Numbered from the whole stretch's first letter, positions 13,490 to 26,389 are shown. The stretch is DNA of 63,684 nucleotides, filler included, from Octopus bimaculoides (GCF_001194135.2; 6 parts of 6 records of this genome joined end to end with filler, not necessarily neighbours in it); one strand, 5' to 3'. The notes: generated by a model from the letters alone, not told the origin. Numbers and translations: made by a program.

Positions 13490-13612
13490 AAGCAGCGAGC
13501 TGGCAGAATCCTAAGCACGTCAGGCGAAATGCTTAGCGGTATTTCGTCTGACTTTACGTTCTGGGTTCAAATTCCGCCGAGGTCGAATATGCCTTTCATC
13601 CTTTCGAGATCA
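13490..13612 (+). mobile_element. SINE 5' half
   Basis: GCAGCGAGCTGGCAGAATCC...TTCCGCCGAGGTCGAATATGCCTTTCATCC. Confidence 0.8.
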
Positions 13613-13689
13613 ACGAGAGTTTATCACTGGAAAAAGCATAAAAAGTAATTTGCGTGTGAGATGAGTTTCCATCAATAGCTTGTAATTAT

Positions 13690-13734
13690 CACTCACTGAT
13701 GACGAGTTACTACTCAGAAACCCGGGTCTGTGTG
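13690..13734 (+). ncRNA. Minimal type I hammerhead ribozyme candidate
   Basis: CACUCA-CUGAUGA-CGAGU-UACU-ACUCA-GAAA-CCCGG-GUC-UGUGUG. The core is intact, stem III is the palindrome ACCCGGGU, stem I pairs 5 of 6, and cleavage is predicted after C13728. Confidence 0.7.
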
Positions 13735-14035
13735 TGTCACGTAAGGCTAGAGATGGGAACGATGATTTACTGTCTCAAATACTATTCCGACACAGACAGT
13801 GTGTCGTTCGCCAGATGGAGGAGATATCCTCCTGGGGCTAAAAACAACAGTAGCACCGTCAACTATGGGACACCCACATTTAGTTGACAATTATACTTTA
13901 ATATTCCATACTGCTACTGCTACTGCATGACAGAACAATTTATAGCCTACGTATTAAATGTATTCTGTCAGTAAACTTCACTATGAATATGCCTAAAGTG
14001 CTCAAGTAACACGCTTCCACTCCATACTTACTCAC

Positions 14036-14180
14036 CACTCCGCTATAATGACATCATGTAGCTGTCTGGATGCTGAGACTGCGGCATTACCAGTGGTCAG
14101 AGTGGTCACTCAGTGTGTGATTGGAATTTTCGATTGCTTTGCTTTCAGCATGTTTTGGCAATTTGAGAAATCTGCAATGT
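14036..14180 (-). CDS. Candidate exon of an unidentified gene (may contain a stop codon and 3' UTR)
   Basis: A ~50-nt pyrimidine tract ends in TTAACAG at 14181, and a G|GTGAGT donor lies at 14035. The phase-1 reading is IADFSNCQNMLKAKQSKIPITH* (stop 14112-14110). No recognisable domain. Confidence 0.35.
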
Positions 14181-14459
14181 CTGTTAATGATAGACAAAAA
14201 CAGAAACAAAAAAACCAAAAAAAGAAAAAGAAAAGAAAATCACCGGAATAAAAAGAGGTCAACCACAAAGGTAATATCGGAAAGTTAATTAATTAAGCTA
14301 CTTCTTTTCAATTGTTCAGTTGTTCTCTTAGCCATTTTCTCTTCTTGTTATATATATATATATGTATATAAATATATATATATATATGTATGTTTATATT
14401 TCTTCTGACGTCTTCAGCTGCTATCATCTCTTGCCTGTTTCTGTCTTCTTTGAGATCAT

Positions 14460-14755
14460 CAACATTATTTCATCATCGTCGTCGTTGTCGTCATCTTGTT
14501 TGGCATCGTCTTCGTTTTCTTTTGTTTCTTCTTCTGTCGCATTTAGTTTTCTTGTCATAACCGTCGTCGTCGTTGTAGTCGTCAACGAATTAATCATCGT
14601 CATCATCATCATTATCATCATCGACGTTGTCGTAATCGCCACCGACACCTCAGTCTTTATCGTCGTTGTCTTGATAATTATCTCATCACCATCATCTTAT
14701 CAGCATCTACGTCATCGTCATCGTCGTCGTTGTCGTCGTCATCTTCCTCCTCTCT

Positions 14756-14787
<32 letters not shown>

Positions 14788-15317
14788 TATCATCATCATC
14801 ATCGTCATCATCATCACAATCTTGTTTCTTCTCGCTCCTCCTCTTCGTCTTCTCATTNNNNNNNNNNNNNNNNNNNNNNNNNNNNNNNNNNNNNNNNNNN
14901 NNNNNNNNNNNNNNNNNNNNNNNNNNNNNNNNNNNNNNNNNNNNNNNNNNNNNNNNNNNNNNNNNNNNNNNNNNNNNNNNNNNNNNNNNNNNNNNNNNNN
15001 NNNNNNNNNNNNNNNNNNNNNNNNNNNNNNNNNNNNNNNNNNNNNNNNNNNNNNNNNNNNNNNNNNNNNNNNNNNNNNNNNNNNNNNNNNNNNNNNNNNN
15101 NNNNNNNNNNNNNNNNNNNNNNNNNNNNNNNNNNNNNNNNNNNNNNNNNNNNNNNNNNNNNNNNNNNNNNNNNNNNNNNNNNNNNNNNNNNNNNNNNNNN
15201 NNNNNNNNNNNNNNNNNNNNNNNNNNNNNNNNNNNNNNNNNNNNNNNNNNNNNNNNNNNNNNNNNNNNNNNNNNNNNNNNNNNNNNNNNNNNNNNNNNNN
15301 NNNNNNNNNNNNNNNNN

Positions 15318-15363
<46 letters not shown>

Positions 15364-15420
15364 TTGGTGGTGGTGGTGGTGGTGGTGGTGGTGGTGGTGG
15401 TGGTGAAGGTGGTAGCAGCA
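14460..15420. repeat. Compound trinucleotide microsatellite (TCA/TCG/TCT, TAG, TGG) around a gap
   Basis: Directly visible. It explains the homopolymeric ORFs here. Confidence 0.95.
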
Positions 15421-15816
15421 GCATAGCATTTTGCAGTTCTTACTGCTTTTATTTTTATCATTATCCAGGTTTTATTTTTATTTCTATATCTTCTCACATT
15501 TTCGTTTGTTTGTTTTGTGTCTTGTAAATGTCCACCATGTTTCCAGTGTGTGTTGGTTATCCAGTTATCAACTTTATTTGTTTAGACATCAACTTGTGAA
15601 GTAGACCGGACGAAGTACGATGTTGGCTGAAGGAAGAGAACACATTGAAACCGGGGAAAACATACAGACAGGCATACAAACAAACACACATGCACATACA
15701 CACATGTATATATATACACACACAAACACACGCACGTATATATATACATAAATACATCAGAATATACATATATATACATATGTGTGTAATTATATATATG
15801 TATGTATATATGTGTG

Positions 15817-15875
<59 letters not shown>

Positions 15876-16489
15876 GTATTTATGTATACAAGTATATGAA
15901 GAGTGAAAGAGGAGACAGGAAAAGCGAGAGAGTGAGAGAAATACAAAGAGCGATAGAGAGAGAGAGCAATCATTTCCGATTAACAACATATTAGTGATAA
16001 GCTATTAGCAATGAGGGCAAGCGGAAAGTTTTCGTTTCTTCCTTTCTTTTTTCAAGCAATACGTACTTATTTTGTAAGGCACGAATGTAAATATTTATCC
16101 TATATACGAAAATGTGTTTAAATCATCAAATGCTAAATTGGCAAATTTCTCAGGAATACTAGGAGCTACCTTTTCTCTTAGCTTATATTCCTTTTTTGAT
16201 ATATTCATATATTTACCTTTTATTTGTTTCATGACGATGGCTACTGTCACCAGATATGAGTTACTAATGGATATCTCTTTGAATGTGTATGTGTGCGAGG
16301 AATTCTGTATATGTTTAGCATATATATTCAAATTATATGTTCGAAGCAGCTCTAAAATATAGATATGTTCATTGTTACTTATTTAATGTGTGTGTTTTGT
16401 TAAGCGCGTTTAGTCTGTGGTATTTCGTCCAGAGACGATTTTGTAAAGACGTAGAGCGCTAAAAAAAAAACAAAATAAAAAAAATCATT

Positions 16490-16590
16490 CAAAGCCAGGT
16501 GAAATGAATGGCCGGCTTGGAAATGAGATATCCATCTTTCGCAGTTATTTCTGCTCATCGGTACCGTAACTCTGTTATCTCACGAAACGA
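16490..16590 (-). mobile_element. Possible mariner HTH fragment
   Basis: Minus strand translates to NNCERWISHFQAG, resembling the mariner TCxxWFxRFKxG motif. Confidence 0.3.
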
Positions 16591-16599
16591 ATTCCAGTA

Positions 16600-17040
16600 G
16601 GATCTGTGCGCGGGGCGTTGAGCAAGTGTTTCTACTACAGCCTCGAGCCGACCAAGGCCCTGTCAATGGATTTGGTAGACGGCAACTGGAAGATGCCCAT
16701 ACAGCCACGCCTTGAACCTATATATATATATATANNNNNNNNNNNNNNNNNNNNNNNNNNNNNNNNNNNNNNNNNNNNNNNNNNNNNNNNNNNNNNNNNN
16801 NNNNNNNNNNNNNNNNNNNNNNNNNNNNNNNNNNNNNNNNNNNNNNNNNNNNNNNNNNNNNNNNNNNNNTATATATAGGTGCAGGTGTGGCCGTATGGTA
16901 AGGAGCTTGCTTCCTAACCACATGGTTCCGGGTTCAGTCAGCTTATGTGGCACCTTCGACAACGGACTTCTAATATAGACTCAGGCGAACCAAAGCCTTG
17001 TGTGTGGATTTGGTAGACGTAAACTGATAGAAGTGCATCG
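16600..17040 (+). mobile_element. Two tandem SINE 5' parts (family of 53335) separated by a (TA)n gap
   Basis: Both contain CCAAxGCCTTGTxxxTGGATTTGGTAGAC. The second has the head GGCCGTATGGTAAGGAGCTTGCTTCCTAACCACATGGTTCCGGGTTCAG. Confidence 0.75.
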
Positions 17041-17300
17041 TATATAAATTAATATATATATGTATACATTTATACATGTGTGTTTGTGTATGTGTTTGCC
17101 AGTGTTTTATTTCATTTTATTTATATGCTTTAACTGACAACATTGAAACATGTAACATTCACTTGAATCGTGTAATAGCGTGTCTATATAGTAATAACTT
17201 TATGCATGGCAATACATACTCAGAGCAAAGCATACAAATCTGTGTAGATAAATGCATACATACATACATATATACATATATACACACACACACACACATA

Positions 17301-17333
<33 letters not shown>

Positions 17334-17433
17334 CTCATACGTGTATACATAGAAAGTAAAATACACTTGGATCTAGGTTAGAAATCGGCTCTTTCTCTAT
17401 TGGCAAGAGACCTTGAAATAAAACTGAACATTG

Positions 17434-17465
<32 letters not shown>

Positions 17466-17541
17466 GCATACGTCCTGGTATGCATACGTCCTGTCATACA
17501 TACGTCCTGACTGTAAATTCCATTTGTATCTTTCCTCATAG

Positions 17542-17630
17542 GTGCATTAGGTCATATATTAACAATTTTACACAAAGAAACAGGTGCAGATTTTACAAAT
17601 CTAATCGAGGAGCGACACAATGAAGACTAG
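17542..17630 (+). CDS. Candidate terminal coding exon, unidentified
   Basis: Acceptor TTGTATCTTTCCTCATAG|G; phase-1 reading (G)ALGHILTILHKETGADFTNLIEERHNED*. No partner exon identified. Confidence 0.2.
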
Positions 17631-18486
17631 AAAAAAATTTCAAACATTCTTCATCTGGGAGTTCTTAGACGAATAGATGCGCCCAGTTCGGTGTGTGCAT
17701 CGACAGCTCAACAAACAAACCAACTCTACCACATACTTAATATCACCACATACTTAATATCATCTTGTCGCTTTGTTAAAGACCGTCTTGAACTCTCTTA
17801 AGAAGAACATACATATAATATGTGAACCGAGACAGTGCAGAGTATTTTGTTGCTGTGAGTTGAAATATCATTTCAACGTTAGAGTAGCTTATTTAATTCT
17901 CTTATATGAATTCAACGTAACGGAACTGACCGACAATTTCACCGAGATCCCCGTGCGAATCATGATATGTGTTACTGCGTATTGAAAGATATTAGATTAT
18001 TAGATATCTTTTCAATGGCAATGATTTATGTTTTACAAGGTCTGATCACTATTCCCACGTCTTTCTCTCATCGTACATCATTGAGGCTAGAGATCCACGA
18101 TGCTTGATTTTGACGAAAGCTTATTTCATTGAAGCACAGAAAGTAGTATATCTTCGAAAATATATTGTTTTTTCTTTAATTTCCTCTATGATCCGGTGGC
18201 AAGTATAACTGCGAAGGTAAGAGCTAAAAATCTATAATTTGAGAAAATAGAAACTAAGCTGATAATTAATTGAATATTGAAAGCTTTTATACAATTGAAA
18301 TTTAAGATTTTATATTTCATGCGTCAAATATTGTTTCTGTTACTTCATTTGTAGACGATGTTTTCGTTTTATATTAATACAACTCATGTTCAGTGACGTA
18401 GAAACATCCACAGACACAAACAAAGACACATACACACGCATCCACACTGACACTCACACACACACACAGATACACATAGACAGACA

Positions 18487-18521
<35 letters not shown>

Positions 18522-18919
18522 ACATGCCACGCATACGCACGTATATATGTGTTATTACTCGATTCAAGTGAATGTTACATTTTTCAATGTTGTCAGTTAA
18601 AGCATATAAATAAAATGAAATAAAACAGAGACAAGCAAACAAATATATCTTCGTCCAACAAACAAGAACTGTTCAACAAAAATATAATATTTTCCAACAT
18701 TTACGCGCAGGAATGACCACATGACTAATACATCTGTTTGTTTTCTACACCACCTGTCTTCATTATTCTTGTGTATCTATAGATCGAGAATTGCTTGTAG
18801 TGCGAAGTGGTTGGGTCCTCTCTCCGACAGTCAGACTAATGTTAGGGAAAAGCATTGTACGTTTATTTTCTGAGTTCTTCAAAGTTCTTTTCTTATATAT
18901 TTATATCATCCACGAAGTC

Positions 18920-19215
18920 GCGCAGCTTAGTAATTATGGCATTCGGCTCACGATCATATGGTCCTGAGTTCAATCCTCAGTGACGCGTTGTGTCCTTGAG
19001 CAAGACATTTTATTTCACGCCGCCTCTGTCCACGCAGCTGCCAAAAGTGAGTTGTACCTGTATATTAAAGGGTCAAACGTGTTACACTGTGTCACTCTGA
19101 TTCTCCTTGAGAACTATGTTAAGCGTACACGTGTCTACGGAGTGCTCAGCCATTTGTATGTTACTTTCATGAACAGGTTGTTCTGTGGAGTGGATCAACT
19201 GGAATATTCGAGTGC
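18920..19215 (+). mobile_element. tRNA-derived SINE, diverged paralogue of 51082
   Basis: GGCATTCGGCTCACGATC...GTGTCCTTGAGCAAGACA...GGATCAACTGGAA. Confidence 0.8.
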
Positions 19216-19534
19216 CAGATATATCATCCTACATTCCTACATTTCCTACATAATCTTATTATGCCATTCTATCCGGACGTTAGTTTCCTTGCGCTCCCAA
19301 TATTGATTTCTTAACATGGAAGCATGTGCTTCTATTTCCTTCTGTGGTTTAGGTGGGTGTTTTTGTATCTATTTCTGTTTTTGCTATCATAAATAATGGA
19401 GTCTATGTCAAAGGCTCAATCTTGTTACAGTAAAGTATTCCATTCTGTACTGTGTGCGACAGAAGATCTTCCGATAATTTTTTTCTGCTCTATCCTACCT
19501 CTAGGGAAATAAGGTAGATGATAACGTATTCTAC

Positions 19535-19630
19535 TCTAGGCACAAGGCCTGAAATTTGGCGGGAGGAGGCCAGTCGATTAGATCGACCCCATTACGCAAC
19601 TGGTATTTAATTTATCGACTCCGAAATGAT
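19535..19630 (-). mobile_element. SINE 3' fragment
   Basis: CTAGGCACAAGGCCTGAAATTTGG...CGCAACTGGTATTTAATTTATCGAC. Confidence 0.7.
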
Positions 19631-20674
19631 AACGTTATATTAAAGGAACTAATATCTTGCAATCTGTCCCTCTGCACTAGTGCACACCATGCATTTACTG
19701 TTCAAACGTCGTTCACGAGTGTGGAAATACGAAGGGTTGGTGGTTGGGGGTGCGCAAATGTTCTTTTGGTTTAATCATTTAAAATCACTCGGTTAGTTAA
19801 GTTTATTCTAAGAATTAGAATTCAAATAATTTAGATAAATTAATGTTATTTTCTGATATAGGTACATACCAAAATGTATTAAGATAGGGAGAAAGTTGAT
19901 TCCGCTATATGACTAATAATTTATTTTATAGACTCCGGAGAGATGAATGACAAAGTTAACTTCGATGAGAGATTTGAAACCAGAACGTAGATAGCAGGAA
20001 TGGATGCATGACATTTCTGTCCGATAAACGAAAGATTTTGCCAATCTAACGAGTTAATGGAAATTTTTTAAAAGGATTTCAAAAGGTAGCGCTACTGGTG
20101 GAATGTACTTATTTAAAGAATAAACACATGACACCGTTCAAAGTTTATGAGATACGGTGGGTACTGAAGGTAAAAGGTCTATAAAAAATAGAATAATAAT
20201 TAAATAAATATTAAATGAGAATTGTGAAGAAGCTTAGAATTAATATGTATAGAATCGGATGACAGGAGATTACATCTATTTAGCGTTGTGGCAATTAAGG
20301 AGAGGCGTGATAAAAGAAATTAATGAAACGGGGAACACACATTGATGCAAAAAGTAAATAATTAATAACGAAGAGGGAAATAAATGGTGCAACATTACAA
20401 AAAAGTTAATTCGTAAGTTGTTGTAATACTTTAAATTAGAAAAGCAAGTTTAAATAAAACACGAAGGGGATTGAAAGAAATATTTAAGTTAATGTGATAT
20501 TTATGAGCTGGTAATTAAACTAACAATAGAACTGAGAGTAGTAGGCTTAGGAAATTGTAGTAATGGCCCTTATATGAGAATAACGAAAAACGTTAATTCA
20601 AATAAAATATGATAAAAATCAATTACTATTTTTCAATTAAACTCGTGTGATATTCATTAGTTGCTATGTATGTT

Positions 20675-21060
20675 TTGCCCGTCGCTACGTTTTGAGTTTA
20701 AATTCCGCCGATGTCAAGTTTGCCTTTCATCCGTTCGGGGTCGATAAATGAAGTACAAGTTGAACACTGAGGTCGATGTAATCGACTATTCCCCTCCCCC
20801 AAAATTTCAGGCTCTGTGCCATTAGCAGAAAGGTCCTTTATTTTTTAAGGCGGTGAGCAGGCGGAAATGTTAGCACGCCGGGCGAAATGCTTAGCGGTAT
20901 TTCGTCTGTCTTTACGTTGAGTTCAAATTCCACTGATGTCGACTTCGCCTTTCATCCTTTCGGGGTCGATAGATTAAGTACCAGTGGCGTGCTGGGTCGA
21001 TCTAATCGACTGGCCACCTCCCCCAAAAATTCAGTCTTTGTGCCTAGAGTAGAAAAGATT
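20675..21060 (+). mobile_element. Two head-to-tail SINE copies (20675-20830 is 5'-truncated; 20850-21060 is near full length)
   Basis: Both contain the TTGCCTTTCATCC(G/T)TTCGGGGTCGATA core and tail. Confidence 0.85.
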
Positions 21061-21830
21061 AGTTGGTATGAGAAATAAGAAACTGACGCTTAACCTCGCC
21101 AAAAATTAATTATTTTGATATTGGCTTTGTTACACATACCAATATAAAGTGAGATACATCTGGGAAATTTATGAAGGGAAATGTATGAATATTTTACCTG
21201 TAAGACAATATAGCTTCAGGGAAATAAAGGAGTTGCTTTATCGAAGTTTAAAACTAGGTAGACAATGTGTAAAATGGTTCGAAGAAAATATTTATATGAC
21301 TAAGAGATAATGTATGTAATATTTCATTATTTAGGAAAATCTGATGCAGGTGTATGTATGTTGAAAGCGATAAATTGCCGGTAAGAACTTTGTTGAAACA
21401 TATTTCATGAAATTCCTGTAATTCAGATAAATATAGCTTTCCTGCAAAACTTCCATAAATATTTACTTTATCATTCATTATCCTTATATGAACTCTTCCT
21501 TTGATCAGCATTACCTTGTTAACACTTTAAGGTATTTATTTTGTTATAACGTGATAATTTCAATATGAAAAACAGAATTATTGAGGGGTGGCATTATAAT
21601 CGAATATAGAAAAAAAAAGTAAATGTAGTGACAAAACTTTATAAACGACTTGAAAGAAGGAGATAATTCGATGTCATTTAAGGATTAATGAATACATTGA
21701 ATTACGTGTAGCTTTAAAACACCGCATGAATGTTTAATACTTTCAATGCAAAAGTGTTGGTTTTTGTGCGATGTGATTATACCCTTTCTCGTTTAAAAGT
21801 AATTGTTTAATTTACAATATTACTATTCTA

Positions 21831-22013
21831 AAGGCGGCGAGCTGGTAGAAACGCTAGCACGTCGAGCGAAATGTTTAACGGTGTTTCGTCTGCTATTACG
21901 TTCTGAGTTCAAAATCCACCGAGGTCAAAATTTGGACTCAGAACGTAACAGCAGACGAAACACCGCTAAACATTTCGCTCGGCGTGCTAACGTTTCTACC
22001 AGGTCGCCGCCTT
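21831..22013. repeat. Palindromic SINE-head dimer (~85-bp arms, ~13-nt loop)
   Basis: 21831-21915 is the reverse complement of ~21929-22013, with 7 mismatches. Confidence 0.92.
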
Positions 22014-22383
22014 AATTATCAATAGTATTAATACGGTAACTTTTTGTTTTTCTACGTACCTGTTGTCTATATCACACTTCAAAGAAGTGGCAAAGGTAGG
22101 GAGAGGAAGTATGAGAGAAAGAGAGAGGGAGTGACAGAGAAAAAGAGAGAGGGAGTGAGAGAGTGAAAGAAACAGTGAGTGGTCACGGCGTTCCTTTTGT
22201 CTTTTTTAAATGTTTCAGAGAGTGAGAGAGAGAGGGAGAGAGAAAAAGTGAGTGAGAAAGAGAGTGAAAGTGAGAGTGAGTGGTGACGGCGTTCATCGCA
22301 AGAAAAGTAGATACACAGATACATATACACATTGTTTAATCAAAAGCGGGAGAGAAGAGGGACACAAGGGAAGCAGAAGAGAA

Positions 22384-22414
<31 letters not shown>

Positions 22415-22539
22415 TAGTAGATACTTACACACAGCAAATATTGAATGTCAATTTCACTTTGGCAGACAACTAAAACAATTCCAGTCAGGTATTTTGCACG
22501 GGTCCAACTAATAAAGAAATAAATATTACTATATTAAAG

Positions 22540-22740
22540 GCAGCGACCTGACAGAAGCGTTCGCACGCCGGGCGAAATGCTTAGCAGTATTTACTCTGTC
22601 TGAGTCCAAATTCCATCGAGGTCGAATTTGCCTTTCATCCTTCGGTGTCGATAAATTATGTACCAGCCGCGTACTGGATCGATCTAATCGTCTGACCCCA
22701 TCATCCCAAATTTGGGGTCTTGTGCCTAGAGTAGAAAAGA
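22540..22740 (+). mobile_element. SINE, near full length
   Basis: AAGGCAGCGACCTGACAGAAG...GTGCCTAGAGTAGAAAAGA. Confidence 0.85.
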
Positions 22741-24059
22741 ATATTATTATATTAAAAATGTCGAAAACAAGTCAGTATCGGAGTTCGTGCGTTAGTATTG
22801 TTGTTTTTTGTTTTAAAATGTGTAATTATGTTACGTTGGTCGATTAAAAATATACGTATCAACAGAAGTAGCTAAAAGAAGCATTATTTAAGAGGACAAA
22901 ATATATTAGTTCCCGCTTTTAAATACAATATGGTCGACCCATTATGTCCGGGAATGAACTACAAACAACGAAATACAATACAGTATTTTTCAACTCGCAT
23001 TAATCCATATTTTAAGAAGCACCATATCTAGATAATATAATTAATTAAAGCAGTTTTATGTAGACCAGTTCAAGATAATTAAACTCACAACTTCTCGTTC
23101 TCATTTCCCTCTCAGCAGGTTATAATGTCTTCCTTCCACTTCTTTCGATTGTTGTTTTTCCATTAACTCATTTGCATATTAACTTAACCGAACGAAATCA
23201 ATATATATATATATATATATATTACATACATCAGAAAATACATATATATGGATACATACATATTAGATTTTTTTTTATTTAATTTTGGTATATATATATG
23301 TAATTATGTGAGTCGACGTGTGTATGTGTATATTGATTTATTGTGAATGTATTGTATCTAAATACGCACAATAGAATGAACTCAATTTAATATGCTGTAC
23401 TTAATTCCACGTTCTAATTATATTTAGAATGTATTTTATTTTATTTTTTTTTGTATTTTCAGACTGATTTGCTTTCATAAACTAAAATTGTTTTTCACGA
23501 AGCTACTTCAATTTTTCATTTTCCCACTAGACACCCAAAATGTCCGTTCGGAAACTATAATCAAGTAACCATAATGAGATCACAATATACTGACAGTATT
23601 GTTCCTTCCAGCAGTACAAAACATAATTGATGCTGATAAGGATTGACCGTATTCCACTTGAATAGATTTACGATTACTTTATCCGTTGGTAATTTCATTC
23701 TGTTTCAAACAAGATTGAAGGAACGTTCGCTAGAACTATAACAGAATCTGTTGACATCATGCAAAGTCCTTTGGTTATCTAATAGCATAATAGCAAAAAC
23801 GCCGTGGGAATGAAGTTCCTTATACTATAATCCCTAAATTCGATGGAGATTATTAAAGGCAGAAATTGGCGCTGTATTATTTTACAGTCGATAACATCGT
23901 CTTCTTTCCTGCATGTGGAAATACAGATTTTAAGTTGATAAAAAAATAAAACTGTCCGAAATGAATATAAGTATACATACAAACCTATATATATANNNNN
24001 NNNNNNNNNNNNNNNNNNNNNNNNNNNNNNNNNNNNNNNNNNNNNNNNNNNNNNNNNNN

Positions 24060-24092
<33 letters not shown>

Positions 24093-25249
24093 CACACGTA
24101 CTTATACGGCACGGAATTTTGTCAGTGAACAGGTCGCGGTTTCAGAGCGACGAAAATATTTTCACAAATTAAATTTATAAGTTGAAGTGAATCGCACGGT
24201 TTTGGTATGTCTTACAAACACTTTCCACGCTGCAATTGTTTACATATATATATATATATAACTGATATCCACTTAACTCCATGGTCTTCATGCAGAATAC
24301 GTCCTTGGAAAATTTCCACTGTAATTATTTTCAGACAGGTCAATGGTAGAACTGATACGCTGGTATGCGATCTGGAGAAATGGTTAAACCTAACCGATGT
24401 GGGATCATCTTTTAGTCTTTCATAGTTTATTACAACACTTACACCAAGATAGATCGGCCGTAAATTAGCGGTCATTCCCGTGGAAAACGAATCGTAGATG
24501 TTGCATGCATGAAAAACTGCCAGTCTTCCACGAACATAAGCAAATAATTGCAAAGGGCTGCTCCTATTGATATAGAAAAGTGGTGAAACCCGACTGATGT
24601 GGGATCTATTAGTTTTCATTGGTTCTTCCATTTTATATGTTTATGTATATTTTCTTAACTTGTATCCGAGGAGAACCTTTGAGCCAGTGTGTGTATGGCA
24701 TTATATTTTAATTGTGTTGTAAAGTTCTTTGAGTTAGCTCCTTGAATCCACGAATATATTCACAATGGAATACTACAGAATAATATTTACTCTTCAAAAT
24801 GACAGCTTATATTATATTTAAAACAACAGCCTGAAAATAAGCAACCGTGGCAACACATCCGTTGATATCTCTCCGGTTGGTTTCTTAACATGCTGTCAAA
24901 CCGATTATCTTCATCGTTGATGGTTCACTCTGCCTGAGATTTATTTTGCTTTGCGTTTGCTTTCTAGCAAGGCCAAAGTGTCTGGAGACATTATATGTTA
25001 CACTCTCAGATACTCATTCCGGAATTCAACATTGGTCTTTGTTTCCTCTCTCATTCTCTCTCTCTCTCTCTCGTTATCTCGTCCAATCCATCAATTTCTT
25101 TTGTAGTCATACTCATTCCTAACACAGTATCTCTCAAAAACATTTTGTTTTTCACCATCTGCTACACGTATAACTGTGTGCCATTATACACACACACTCA
25201 CACACCACACACACTCACACACACATATATGTATACATATATATTCACA

Positions 25250-25290
<41 letters not shown>

Positions 25291-25355
25291 CGGCATTCAC
25301 TCACACACGCGANNNNNNNNNNNNNNNNNNNNNNNNNNNNNNNNNNNNNNNNNNN

Positions 25356-25411
<56 letters not shown>

Positions 25412-26054
25412 GAGAAAATAACCTCAATAGCTAGCTTTGGTAATTATGTTTTCATATCTAATTGTTATGGTAAAGCACCAACATTTCCAAACTTGAACTT
25501 TTCCCTGTTTATCTGGTGGATGATTCTTTTGAGACTATATTTATTTATAATTTCAATTTTGCGACTTTAGGAAATAGCATCATTATGGTTATTTTAAATA
25601 ATATTTATTATTCTAATTATAAATGCAACACAAAAAAGGAGATTAACTTCTCAAAGAAATGCGTTCAATTTAATAACAAAACATGTCGTGTTCTGCACAT
25701 TGGTGTTCAGATGAAATGGTGAATAATTAGTCCAATACCTGAGTATGCAATCTAGCGGTAGCAACAAAGGAGTAGTTAACATGGCAGTTCCGATTCAAGA
25801 AGAGATCCTGAATATCGTTGATAAACATTGGAAAGCGAGGGACGAGAACCTAGAAACGTCTGAACTAAAATATCATGTCTGATAACACGAGAAAATTATG
25901 TGGGATAGGAGCGTCAAAGCGGTGAACACAAGACGTAATGTTAAAAAAATAACATGTCGTGATACGAAATTAAATGTCACTCTAATACAATATTCAGAAT
26001 ACAATAGTGTGTAATAATTTTTTTATATACAATATTGGTACACACACACACACA

Positions 26055-26088
<34 letters not shown>

Positions 26089-26389
26089 NNNNNNNNNNNN
26101 NNNNNNNNNNNNNNNNNNNNNNNNNNNNNNNNNNNNNNNNNNNNNNNNNNNNNNNNNNNNNNNNNNNNNNNNNNNNNNNNNNNNNNNNNNNNNNNNNNNN
26201 NNNNNNNNNNNNNNNNNNNNNNNNNNNNNNNNNNNNNNNNNNNNNNNNNNNNNNNNNNNNNNNNNNNNNNNNNNNNNNNNNNNNNNNNNNNNNNNNNNNN
26301 NNNNNNNNNNNNNNNNNNNNNNNNNNNNNNNNNNNNNNNNNNNNNNNNNNNNNNNNNNNNNNNNNNNNNNNNNNNATTATTTTTTTTCT

